Origin: Halanaerobiales bacterium | GTDB lineage: Bacteria; Bacillota; Halanaerobiia; Halanaerobiales; M55B127 | Reading direction: 5' to 3' | NCBI GenBank assembly: GCA_018399995.1 | Contig: JAGYMU010000001.1 | Coordinates: 152-64,151 of the forward strand | DNA: 64,000 nt | In this document: positions 48,231 through 56,158 of the stretch, one piece after another | Position numbering within the stretch: position 1 is the first letter of the stretch | How the letters are laid out: every line of letters starts with the position of its first letter | Position numbers and translations under genes: made by a program | The notes under the pieces: model-generated | Told to the model about the DNA's origin: nothing | Database searches by the model: none | What the model saw: the letters and a program-made list of their open reading frames with translations, nothing else

Positions 48231-50759
48231 CTATTCTTCATCTTTATCAAAAATATCTCCGACTAATTCCTGGATTGTAGTTCCGGAAGATTGTTCTTCT
48301 TCTTCTTTATTTTCCGCTTCTTTATTTTTTGTCGGTTTTTTATTTTCTTTCTTTGCTTTTTTTGCATTCATTTCTTCTTCTATACTTTTTAGACTTAATC
48401 CGATTCTTCTCTGCTCCGGATCTATATTAATGATTTTTGCTTTTCTTTCTTCACCTTCTTCGACTATTTCATCAGGGGTTTCTACATGTTTTTGGGATAA
48501 TTGTGAGATGTGGATTAATCCTTCAATTCCTTCCGCAACCTCCATAAAGGCTCCGAAATCAACTATTTTAGTTATTTTACCATCTATTTTTTCACCTTCA
48601 TAATGTTTTCTGGCGAACTCTTCCCAGGGATCTGGCAGTAGTTGTTTTAAGCCCAATGATATTCTTTCTTCTTCTTTATTAACACCGAGTACTTTAACCT
48701 CTACTTCTTGACCCTCTTCTAATATTTCGGTGGGATGATCAATTCTTCCCCAGGACATTTCGGATATATGAAGTAGACCTTCAATTCCACCCAAATCTAT
48801 AAAGGCGCCAAAGTCTACCAGTTTTGTTACCGTACCTTTTACTACATCGCCTTCTTCTAAATTATCTAAAGTTTCTTGTTTCTTTTCTGCTCTTTCAGCT
48901 TCGATTACTTTTTTAGCAGATAAAACTACATTATTTTTATCTCTTTCAACTTCAATTATTTTTAATCTCAAAGTTTTATTGACATATTCACTTAGATCTT
49001 CTACATATCCTACTGCTACATGTGAAGCAGGAATGAAACCTCTTACCCCAACGTCTACAACTAAACCACCCTTTACTTCTTTTGTAACCTCTGCCTCGAT
49101 AATTTTATCATCTTCGTAGGCTTCTATGATTTTTTCCCAGGCTTTTTCATAATCTGCCTTTTTCTTTGAAAGAATCATATTACCCTCTTCATTTTCCAAA
49201 GTCAAAATAACTACTTCAATATCCTGATCTTCTTCGACAAAATCACGTGGGTCTTTAATAGAACGGTGGTTCAATTCATCCTTAGGAATAAAACCATCAG
49301 TTTTATAACCAACATCTACATATACTCCATCATCATTTATTTCCACTACAGTACCTGTTACTTTTTGACCTTTTTTAAGATTTGCAATATCATTGTCACT
49401 GTAGTTAAATTCATCAATATCACTTTCTTCTTCAGTTTCTTCAGCTACCTCTTTTGTTTTTTCTGCATCTTCTTGTTGATCAGTCTCGGCTATTTCTTGT
49501 TCTCCTTTTACTTCTTTTATTTCTTCTGCATCTTCTTGTTGATCAGTTTCAACAGCTTCTTGTTCTTGTTCTTCTTCGGCTACTTCTTTTGTATCATCTT
49601 GTTGATCATTTTCAACAACTTCTTGTTCTTCTTCGACTTCTTTATTTTCCTCTTCAGATGCCTCTTCTGTTTCTTTTTCAACAATATTTTCTTCTTGTGG
49701 TTCTTCACTTTCTTGTTCTGTTTCTTCTAAATCTTCTTTTTCTTCTTTTGCTACCTCTTCTGCATCTTGTTGTTGATCAGTTTCAGCATCTTCTTTTGCT
49801 TCTGCTTCTTTTTCTACCTCTTCTTTAACCTCTTCAACTATTTCTTCTGCTTCTTTTTCTACCTCTTCTTCTTTAAGTTCTGGCTGATTAACTTCTTCTT
49901 GTTCATTAACATCTTTTTTCTCTTCAGACATAATTTCCAAGACCTCCTTGATTATCCAGTCAGGGGTTGATGCCCCCGCCGTAACTCCAATTTTATTTAC
50001 GTTCTTAATTTTATCCCAGTTGATCTCATCAACTGTTTCTATGTGAAAGGTTGGTGTGTCGGTTTTAGCACAGATCTCGGCTAATCTCTTTGTATTGGCA
50101 CTATTGTGTCCACCAATTACAAACATTGCATCAACCTTTTTTGCTAACTCTCTCGCTTCTCTTTGCCGATTACCGGTCGTATTACAAATAGTATTATATA
50201 TTTTTAACTCATCCACTTTTGGTAAAAGATAACTAATTATTTCTATATATTTCGCATAAGATTGTGTGGTTTGTGCAACCAGGCCTACATAATCCTTTAA
50301 AACTATACCTTCGAAATCTTGAATATTCTCTATAATCTTACCTTTATTATTAGTATGACCATAAATTCCTTTTATTTCTGGATGGTTTTTTTCTCCAAAG
50401 ATAAAGGTCTGATAACCTGTTTCAACCAACTTTTTTGCGTATATATGAGCATTTTTAACAAAAGGACAGGTGGCATCTATTAACTCAAGATCCTTTTCTT
50501 TTGCTTTCTCTAAAATCTTAGGTTCAATTCCATGGGTTCTGATAATTAGTATACCCTCATCAATTTCATCTAAACTGTCTACAAGATATACACCCTGTTT
50601 TTGCAATTTTTTAACAACCTGAGGATTATGTATTAATGGACCCAATGTATAAACCTTTTTATCAGAACCTTCGACCGCTTTTTGGACTATTTCAATCGCC
50701 CTTTTGACTCCAAAACAAAAGCCGGCTTCATCCGCAGTTATTATCTCCAGTACCTTCAC
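48231..50759 (-). CDS. ispH: Fusion of 4-hydroxy-3-methylbut-2-enyl diphosphate reductase (IspH/LytB) and a four-domain ribosomal protein S1, joined by a long acidic linker
   Basis: 842 aa. Residues 1-280 are IspH (GFCFGVKRAI, CPFV, ICNTT and GGHNSANT). Residues ~470-800 hold four S1 repeats (for example GTVTKLVDFGAFIDLGGIEGLLHISE). GTG start with a GGAAGGAGG RBS. Confidence 0.9.
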   Translation of the reverse strand: MKVLEIITADEAGFCFGVKRAIEIVQKAVEGSDKKVYTLGPLIHNPQVVKKLQKQGVYLVDSLDEIDEGILIIRTHGIEPKILEKAKEKDLELIDATCPFVKNAHIYAKKLVETGYQTFIFGEKNHPEIKGIYGHTNNKGKIIENIQDFEGIVLKDYVGLVAQTTQSYAKYIEIISYLLPKVDELKIYNTICNTTGNRQREARELAKKVDAMFVIGGHNSANTKRLAEICAKTDTPTFHIETVDEINWDKIKNVNKIGVTAGASTPDWIIKEVLEIMSEEKKDVNEQEEVNQPELKEEEVEKEAEEIVEEVKEEVEKEAEAKEDAETDQQQDAEEVAKEEKEDLEETEQESEEPQEENIVEKETEEASEEENKEVEEEQEVVENDQQDDTKEVAEEEQEQEAVETDQQEDAEEIKEVKGEQEIAETDQQEDAEKTKEVAEETEEESDIDEFNYSDNDIANLKKGQKVTGTVVEINDDGVYVDVGYKTDGFIPKDELNHRSIKDPRDFVEEDQDIEVVILTLENEEGNMILSKKKADYEKAWEKIIEAYEDDKIIEAEVTKEVKGGLVVDVGVRGFIPASHVAVGYVEDLSEYVNKTLRLKIIEVERDKNNVVLSAKKVIEAERAEKKQETLDNLEEGDVVKGTVTKLVDFGAFIDLGGIEGLLHISEMSWGRIDHPTEILEEGQEVEVKVLGVNKEEERISLGLKQLLPDPWEEFARKHYEGEKIDGKITKIVDFGAFMEVAEGIEGLIHISQLSQKHVETPDEIVEEGEERKAKIINIDPEQRRIGLSLKSIEEEMNAKKAKKENKKPTKNKEAENKEEEEQSSGTTIQELVGDIFDKDEE
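49350..49916 (-). repeat. In-frame degenerate tandem repeats encoding the hyper-acidic IspH-S1 linker
   Basis: TTCTGCATCTTCTTGTTGATCAGT(C/T)TC occurs at 49461 and 49524 (63-nt spacing), with diverged copies near 49590 and 49758. A second motif, TTCTGCTTCTTTTTCTACCTCTTC, occurs twice between about 49800 and 49870. The protein shows four E(T/N)DQQxDAEE units and repeated EEVEKEAE. Confidence 0.8.
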
Positions 50760-50889
50760 CTCCTTCCAAACAACAAAACAAACCTGTATTACACTACCAC
50801 AATAACGTTAAGAAATACTGAATTCTAGTCAGTATTAACTGCTCATAGATATTATTAAAATAACATATTTCTTTATAAAAGGCAAATAT

Positions 50890-51486
50890 TTAATCAAGAC
50901 AATTGAGTTGATTTTTTATTTTTTTCATAATCAATTCACCCACTTCTGTCTTTTCCTGTCTGCTCAACTTCCTATCATAGTATTCTTCTAAAGAAAATGA
51001 TCGGCCTATGGAAACCTTTAGGGCCTCATCTTTTTGATCAGAATGTTTAATCCCTACAGGTAATATTGGGCTTTCACTCATCAGAGCGATTAATGTAACA
51101 CCGGGTTTTGCATCACCCAGTTTGTCCCCTTTAATCCTCGTTCCTTCTGGAAACATACACAATACTTTATCATTTTTTAAAATTTCTAGGGAACGTCTTA
51201 TTGCTTTTTTATCAGGTACGCCTCTTTTGACTGGAAAGGTCCCTATTTGTTTTAACAAAAAACCAAACCATTTTTTTTCAAATAGTTCTTCCTTTGCCAT
51301 AAAATGAAGCTGTCTGTTAACCGCAGAGCCTACGATAGGAGGATCGAGATAACTAACATGATTACTTACCACAATTAAAGGACCTTCTTTTGGTACATTT
51401 TTTCTTCCGTTTACCTTCCAATTGTGGACTATTTTCAAATAAATATTGACAAGATAATAACTTAACCAGTATATTATTTTACCCAT
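50890..51486 (-). CDS. plsC: 1-acyl-sn-glycerol-3-phosphate acyltransferase
   Basis: 198 aa with the NHVSYLDP (HX4D) and FPEGTR motifs. It overlaps the end of cmk by 8 nt. Confidence 0.88.
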   Translation of the reverse strand: MGKIIYWLSYYLVNIYLKIVHNWKVNGRKNVPKEGPLIVVSNHVSYLDPPIVGSAVNRQLHFMAKEELFEKKWFGFLLKQIGTFPVKRGVPDKKAIRRSLEILKNDKVLCMFPEGTRIKGDKLGDAKPGVTLIALMSESPILPVGIKHSDQKDEALKVSIGRSFSLEEYYDRKLSRQEKTEVGELIMKKIKNQLNCLD

Positions 51487-52156
51487 AATTTAAACTCCCC
51501 TCTATTATATTCAATACTTTTTTTAGTACTTCTTTAATGCTTAAATTAGTACTCTCTACAATTACCGCATCGTCTGCCTTTTTAAGAGGTGAATACTGTC
51601 TGGTTGAGTCAATCTTATCCCTTTGAACTATTTCCTTTTTAACATCTTTAAAATCAACCTCTCTTTCATTATTTTTAAGAATATCTTTATATCTTCTAAG
51701 GGCCCTTTCTTGCACAGTAGCAGTTATGTAAAACTTAAAATCAGCATTAGGTAAAACCCTAGTTCCAATATCTCGACCATCCATTACTATATTTTGTTTT
51801 GAAGCAATTTCTCTCTGTTTTTTAACCAGCTCATCACGAACAGACTTGACCTGAGCAACCCTAGAAACATTATTATCGACTGCCGCACTCCTTAATTTAT
51901 CAGTAATATCTCTACCATCCGCATATATTCGAAATATATTGTTTTGATAAATAATGTCAAGCTCTAAATCTTTTACAAGTTGAGTCAGCTCAGTATTGTT
52001 ATTTAGATCAACTTCATCTTCAATTGCTTTTAATGTTACTGCCCTATACATAGCTCCACTATCTAAATAGGCGAAATTTAATTCTTCAGCCAGTAGTTTG
52101 GCTATAGTGCTCTTACCAGCTCCAGCTGGCCCATCTATCGCTATTGAAATTGTCAA
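51479..52156 (-). CDS. cmk: Cytidylate kinase
   Basis: 225 aa with IAIDGPAGAGKSTIAK, LDSGAMYRA and DGRDIGT. Confidence 0.94.
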   Translation of the reverse strand: MTISIAIDGPAGAGKSTIAKLLAEELNFAYLDSGAMYRAVTLKAIEDEVDLNNNTELTQLVKDLELDIIYQNNIFRIYADGRDITDKLRSAAVDNNVSRVAQVKSVRDELVKKQREIASKQNIVMDGRDIGTRVLPNADFKFYITATVQERALRRYKDILKNNEREVDFKDVKKEIVQRDKIDSTRQYSPLKKADDAVIVESTNLSIKEVLKKVLNIIEGSLNYG

Positions 52157-52259
52157 TTTATCACCTCATTATTATCTACAATAAAAGCATAATTATGATA
52201 AGTTAAATAAAAATTTCAAAAACACACAATATTGATTTAAAGATGTGCGTAATAATTTA

Positions 52260-52288
52260 ATTTTAAATCCTCTCATCTTTCCTGTCAA
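52260..52288 (-). promoter_or_regulatory. Candidate sigma-A promoter for cmk-plsC(-ispH/S1)
   Basis: Minus strand reads TTGACA (52283-52288), 17 nt, TAAAAT (52260-52265), about 100 nt upstream of the cmk start. Confidence 0.45.
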
Positions 52289-52881
52289 AAATTAAGCTTT
52301 ATATGTTGGCCTTTTGAATAATTTAAACTTATTTTTAACAACCTGCATGAGCTTTTTGAAATTATCTATATATAAAAGCTGAAAACCATCGCTTAAAGCT
52401 TTCTTAAGTATTAGGTGAAAACTTTCATATGTCAAGCTCGGTTCTTAAACTTAAAGAAGTCATTACATTTAGATTAATTAGCATCCAGCAAACTCTCCCC
52501 AAGCTAAGATCAATTATAATGGGGTAGCTGCACATTTTTATAAAATAGGTACTGACATCAAATTAAAGATAGACTATGTTTTGTTTGCCTTTTTATATAA
52601 ACTCTGCGTTAATCACAAAACTTCAGTAACTATTTTGAAACCATATGCTGAAAATACTTCCTTCAATATGTTAAATTACTTTTCTTTTAAACCTTCAAAA
52701 TACCTTCCTTGAGCAGCTAATCAAATTTTTAAAAACTCTTTAATTAAATTAAGCAGATAGCCATCTATTTGAAAAACAGAAATTTGACCATATATATCCT
52801 CTTTTTTGAAAGCCAATCTTTTTTATTAAACTTATTAAATTATATAATCTATTCTCCAGCTCAAATATCACTACCATTTTT

Positions 52882-53250
52882 TTACCCTGAGGTATTAAAA
52901 AATTGTTCTTCTCTTAGATTTGCTGCTTCTTTTAGATAAATATGTTTGATTTGCTTTTTATCTTTAAGACCATCAGCTAAAATCATTACTCTTATGCATT
53001 TTTTTAGAGAACTTTTTACATGCATTTCCTGTAGACACAATATAGATGTTTTAACAAATCCCATCTCGCGCACAGCTCGACCCGGATATACTTGATCAAG
53101 ATCTCTGGTTGCAGTAAAAATAAAACTGATAATATCTTCATCTTTCAGCTTGTTTTTTTTAATAATTTTTAATACCATACTTTTTGTAGCTTGGATGATT
53201 TGATTAGCATCATTTTTTTTAACAGTTACAGCACCCCGTATACTAAACAT
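52882..53250 (-). CDS. aroH: Chorismate mutase, AroH class
   Basis: From M7 the protein reads MFSIRGAVTV...FTATRDLDQVYPGRAVRE...CLQEMHVKSSLKKCIRVMIL. This aligns by eye with B. subtilis AroH (MMIRGIRGATTV...CMQEMDVTGGLKKCIRVMM). GAGGTG lies 8 nt upstream of the ATG at 53250. Confidence 0.88.
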   Translation of the reverse strand: MFSIRGAVTVKKNDANQIIQATKSMVLKIIKKNKLKDEDIISFIFTATRDLDQVYPGRAVREMGFVKTSILCLQEMHVKSSLKKCIRVMILADGLKDKKQIKHIYLKEAANLREEQFFNTSG

Positions 53251-53370
53251 ATCTGATACACCTCGCAAAGAAAGTTTTTGATCAGTTTAATCAAAGCTTT
53301 GTTTTTATTCATTTAAAATTGATCTTTATTACATATATTACTTAAAATTATATTATATAATAGCAAAATT

Positions 53371-53400
53371 AAGAAGAAAATACACCCTAAAGAGGGTGTA
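53371..53400 (-). terminator. Rho-independent terminator downstream of rnc
   Basis: On the minus strand TACACCC-TCTTTA-GGGTGTA (nt 53381-53400) is followed by TTTTCTTCTT. Confidence 0.65.
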
Positions 53401-53408
53401 TTGCATAA

Positions 53409-54116
53409 TCATTTATCAAGTTGCTGTAAGGCGTCTTTAGCAGCTTTTTGTTCTGCCTGTTTTTTGCTTTTTCCTTTGCCAAAACCCAACTCTTTTTCTT
53501 CAAAATTTACAGTTACATAAAATTCCTTGTTATGGTCTGGACCCTTTTCTTTAACAACTTCATATTCTGGTCTATTATTGCTGTTTTTTTGGATGATTTC
53601 CTGCAGAATGGTTTTGTAATCCTGAATATAGTTACCGTTGTTAACCTCAAAGATAAAGTTCTTAAAGTTGTTTATAATAAAATCAAATGCAAAATTAAAA
53701 TCCTTATCTAAATAGATAGCACCTAAAATAGCTTCCATGGTATCTGCTAATATAGAGTCTCTATTCCTGCCTCCAGAAAGTTCTTCTCCTTTACCAAGCA
53801 GTAAATAGTTGCCAAGATTTAATCTAAAAGCTTTTTCAGCCAGGATGGGAGCACTTACAATTACTGATCTTATTTTGGCCAATTTACCTTCCTCATATTT
53901 GTCATATTTATTAAAAATATATGTGCTAATTGATAAACTTAAAACAGAGTCTCCTAAAAACTCCAGTCTTTCATTATCTTTGATATTTAAATCAGAATTT
54001 TCATTTGCAAATGATTTATGTGTTAAAGCCCTTCTTAATAACCCCTTGTCATTGAATTGTAAATTTAATTTATTTTCTAATTCTGCCAATTTCTCTTCTG
54101 AAAAATAATCTGTCAT
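53409..54116 (-). CDS. rnc: Ribonuclease III
   Basis: 235 aa with the signature NERLEFLGDSVL, a catalytic region DTMEAILGAIY and a C-terminal dsRBD (GKGKSKKQAEQKAAKDAL). Confidence 0.94.
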   Translation of the reverse strand: MTDYFSEEKLAELENKLNLQFNDKGLLRRALTHKSFANENSDLNIKDNERLEFLGDSVLSLSISTYIFNKYDKYEEGKLAKIRSVIVSAPILAEKAFRLNLGNYLLLGKGEELSGGRNRDSILADTMEAILGAIYLDKDFNFAFDFIINNFKNFIFEVNNGNYIQDYKTILQEIIQKNSNNRPEYEVVKEKGPDHNKEFYVTVNFEEKELGFGKGKSKKQAEQKAAKDALQQLDK

Positions 54117-54152
54117 TTAAATTTCACCACACCTATTATAATGATTTCATAT

Positions 54153-54189
54153 AAGGGGGGTGTAAAATCAATGATTTTTATCCCCCCTT
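54153..54189 (-). other. Long stable hairpin in the acpP-rnc spacer
   Basis: AAGGGGGG / CCCCCCTT outer stem (8 bp) extended by about 7 further A-U/G-C pairs, with a 3-nt apical loop. There is no U-tract on the minus-strand side, so it is not a classical terminator for acpP. Confidence 0.5.
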
Positions 54190-54203
54190 TTTTATATTAA
54201 AGT

Positions 54204-54446
54204 TTAAAGACAGGCCTCAATATAATCAACTGCATCTCCCACAGTAGCTATTTCTTCAGCATCTTCATCAGGAATCTCAATATCAAATTCTTCTTCTAAA
54301 GCCATAATCAATTCTACCACATCTAATGAATCAGCACCAAGGTCATCAATAAATGAGGCATCTTTAGTGACTTCTTCTTCAGAAATTGCAAGTTCTTCAG
54401 AAGTGACTTGAACGATTCTTTCAAAAACATCTGCCATCATTTTCAC
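54204..54446 (-). CDS. acpP: Acyl carrier protein
   Basis: About 77-80 aa, acidic, with the phosphopantetheine attachment motif LGADSLD. Confidence 0.93.
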   Translation of the reverse strand: MKMMADVFERIVQVTSEELAISEEEVTKDASFIDDLGADSLDVVELIMALEEEFDIEIPDEDAEEIATVGDAVDYIEACL

Positions 54447-54452
54447 CTCCTT

Positions 54453-55196
54453 TCACATTAACATACCCCCATCAATATTTATATTTTGACCATTAATATA
54501 GCTTGCTAATGGTGAAACCAAAAACATAATTACATTCGCAACTTCCTCAACTTCACCAAATCTTTCTAAGGGTATACTATTTAACATCTCTTCTTTAACT
54601 TTGGAAGGTAGATTTTGCGTCATATCTGTTTTGATATAGCCGGGCGAAATTGTGTTGATATTAATACCTCTTTTGGATACTTCTCGCGCAATTGCTTTTG
54701 AAAATCCAACTATACCTGCTTTAGAAGCAGCATAATTAGCCTGACCTGCATTACCCATTGAACCTACTACAGAACTTAAATTAACAATTTTACCGTGCCT
54801 TTGTTTCATCATGTATCTTATTGCGTTTTTTGTACAATTAAAAGTCCCCTTCAAATTTACATCAATTACAGTATCAAAATCTTTTTCTTTCATCCTCAAT
54901 AAAAGTCCATCCCTAGTTATTCCCGCATTATTAACGAGGATGTCAATTTTTTTAAACTCACTAACAGCTTTTTTAATCAAGTTTTTAGCATCTGAGCTGT
55001 CTGCTACATTCCCCTTAACTATTAAAGCCTTTCTACCCTGATTACGAACCTGACGGGCCGTTTCTTCGGCACTTTCTTTGTCATTATTGTAATTGATAAC
55101 AAGGTCAGCACCTTCAGAAGCAAGCTTTACAGCAGTAGCAGCACCTATTCCCCTTGAACTACCGGTAACAACAGCAACCTCGCCTTCTAATAACAA
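54453..55196 (-). CDS. fabG: 3-oxoacyl-[ACP] reductase
   Basis: 247 aa SDR with VTGSSRGIG, NNAGITRD and YAASKAG, directly upstream of acpP. Confidence 0.92.
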   Translation of the reverse strand: MLLEGEVAVVTGSSRGIGAATAVKLASEGADLVINYNNDKESAEETARQVRNQGRKALIVKGNVADSSDAKNLIKKAVSEFKKIDILVNNAGITRDGLLLRMKEKDFDTVIDVNLKGTFNCTKNAIRYMMKQRHGKIVNLSSVVGSMGNAGQANYAASKAGIVGFSKAIAREVSKRGININTISPGYIKTDMTQNLPSKVKEEMLNSIPLERFGEVEEVANVIMFLVSPLASYINGQNINIDGGMLM

Positions 55197-55211
55197 GTTA
55201 TCATCTCCTCA

Positions 55212-56042
55212 TCAGTTTATAACAAGTGAACTTATGTAAAAATTAAAGTTCTTAATATAAAGACCAGTAAACTTTTCGATTGATTTATTTAAATTTCTCT
55301 GTAGTCCTTTGATATAATCAATTATCTCTATACCATATTTTAATACAATTTCTATTCTAATACAAATTTCATTATCCTCTTTTTCAATATAAATCGAGGA
55401 TATTTCTTTTACATCTATCTCTTTTGATAATTCAAAATAAATGAGGTCCCTCAGCACCTGATTATATATTACAAGGTTGCCAAAATAAGAAAATTTAGGT
55501 CTAACTATTGTTTTTTCTTTTCTTATAGAACCTTTACCCTTTTTGAAAAACAATTCAAGGGAATGAATAAAATAACCTGGAAACTGAGACTTAACTTCAA
55601 TTTTAGGAACAGGTATTACGTGTTTACCTTCTTTTTTTCTGATATCAATCGCTTTTTTAATCTCTTGTTGATCAGCTATTTCATCTATTTTAATGATTTG
55701 ATCAATACCATCTAATTTTAAGTTTGCAACAATCTTTTTTATCATGCGCAGGGAAGTACCCAATATTAGTATCTTTTCTTCATTTACATCATCAAGAGCA
55801 TCTTTAACTTCCTTTAAATGCTCTTCTTTTAGCAAAATTGCGGTCCGGATGGCCTGGATCTTTATTTTATCACGTTTAGCAGATTTACCAGCTAAAACAT
55901 GCCCTTTGTATATTAAAAGGCCATCATCTAAAATGAGCGGTATATTGTATTTATCTGCTACAAATGCAGCTCTATGACTTTTTCCTGAACCGCTGACCCC
56001 AACCAATGCATAAACATACAATATCTCCACCCCTAAAAACAC
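55212..56042 (-). CDS. Uncharacterised fusion of an N-terminal P-loop NTPase domain and a C-terminal Asp23/YloU-like domain
   Basis: Walker A GVSGSGKS at residues 15-22. The C-terminal ~90 aa (GNLVIYNQVLRDLI...IRIEIVLKYGIEIIDYIKGLQRNLNKSIEKFTGLYIKNFNFYISSL) follow the Asp23 pattern of alternating beta strands, YG, a helix, TG and vNv. The start codon is uncertain: GTG at 56042 or an internal TTG. Confidence 0.6.
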   Translation of the reverse strand: MFLGVEILYVYALVGVSGSGKSHRAAFVADKYNIPLILDDGLLIYKGHVLAGKSAKRDKIKIQAIRTAILLKEEHLKEVKDALDDVNEEKILILGTSLRMIKKIVANLKLDGIDQIIKIDEIADQQEIKKAIDIRKKEGKHVIPVPKIEVKSQFPGYFIHSLELFFKKGKGSIRKEKTIVRPKFSYFGNLVIYNQVLRDLIYFELSKEIDVKEISSIYIEKEDNEICIRIEIVLKYGIEIIDYIKGLQRNLNKSIEKFTGLYIKNFNFYISSLVIN

Positions 56043-56093
56043 ATTCTTAAATTTACTATAAATGATATTTTAAAAAATTTCAAGTCATTCATA

Positions 56094-56124
56094 GAAAAAC
56101 CGCTGCCCAATTAAGAACAGCGGC
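56094..56124 (-). terminator. Rho-independent terminator downstream of the molybdo-hydroxylase operon
   Basis: On the minus strand CCGCTG-(12 nt)-CAGCGG (nt 56100-56123) is followed by TTTTTCTAT. Confidence 0.6.
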
Positions 56125-56158
56125 CTATATTAATATTTAATTTTTTAAATATTTATTC

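Noticed and set aside
49350-49916. Possibility that the tandem repeats are a CRISPR array or a minisatellite outside coding sequence
   Set aside because: The repeats are in frame within a continuous 842-codon ORF, are degenerate, and have no spacer/repeat alternation of CRISPR type.
48190-49970. Four long plus-strand ORFs (48190-48603, 49266-49730, 49454-49828 and 49767-49970) encoding F/L/S-rich proteins
   Set aside because: They lie antisense to the S1 domains and the acidic GAA/GAT-rich linker of ispH-S1. The reverse complement of E/D/K codon runs is stop-poor and gives F/L/S-rich pseudo-proteins. None has an RBS or any recognisable family.
52157-52881. Reading the 725-bp gap as a decayed pseudogene. 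One minus-strand frame gives fragments such as FKKEDIYGQISVFQIDGYLLNLIKEFLK and LTYESFHLILKKALSDGFQLLYIDNFKKLMQVVKNKF.
   Set aside because: I estimate a stop roughly every 12-19 codons. That is close to what AT-rich random sequence would give, and I recognise no family in the fragments. I report the region as an unexplained gap rather than calling a pseudogene.
54153-54189. Calling the acpP-rnc hairpin an intrinsic terminator for acpP
   Set aside because: On the minus (coding) strand the stem is followed by AUAUGAAAUC rather than a U-tract. The T-tract sits on the plus-strand side, where there is no gene to terminate.
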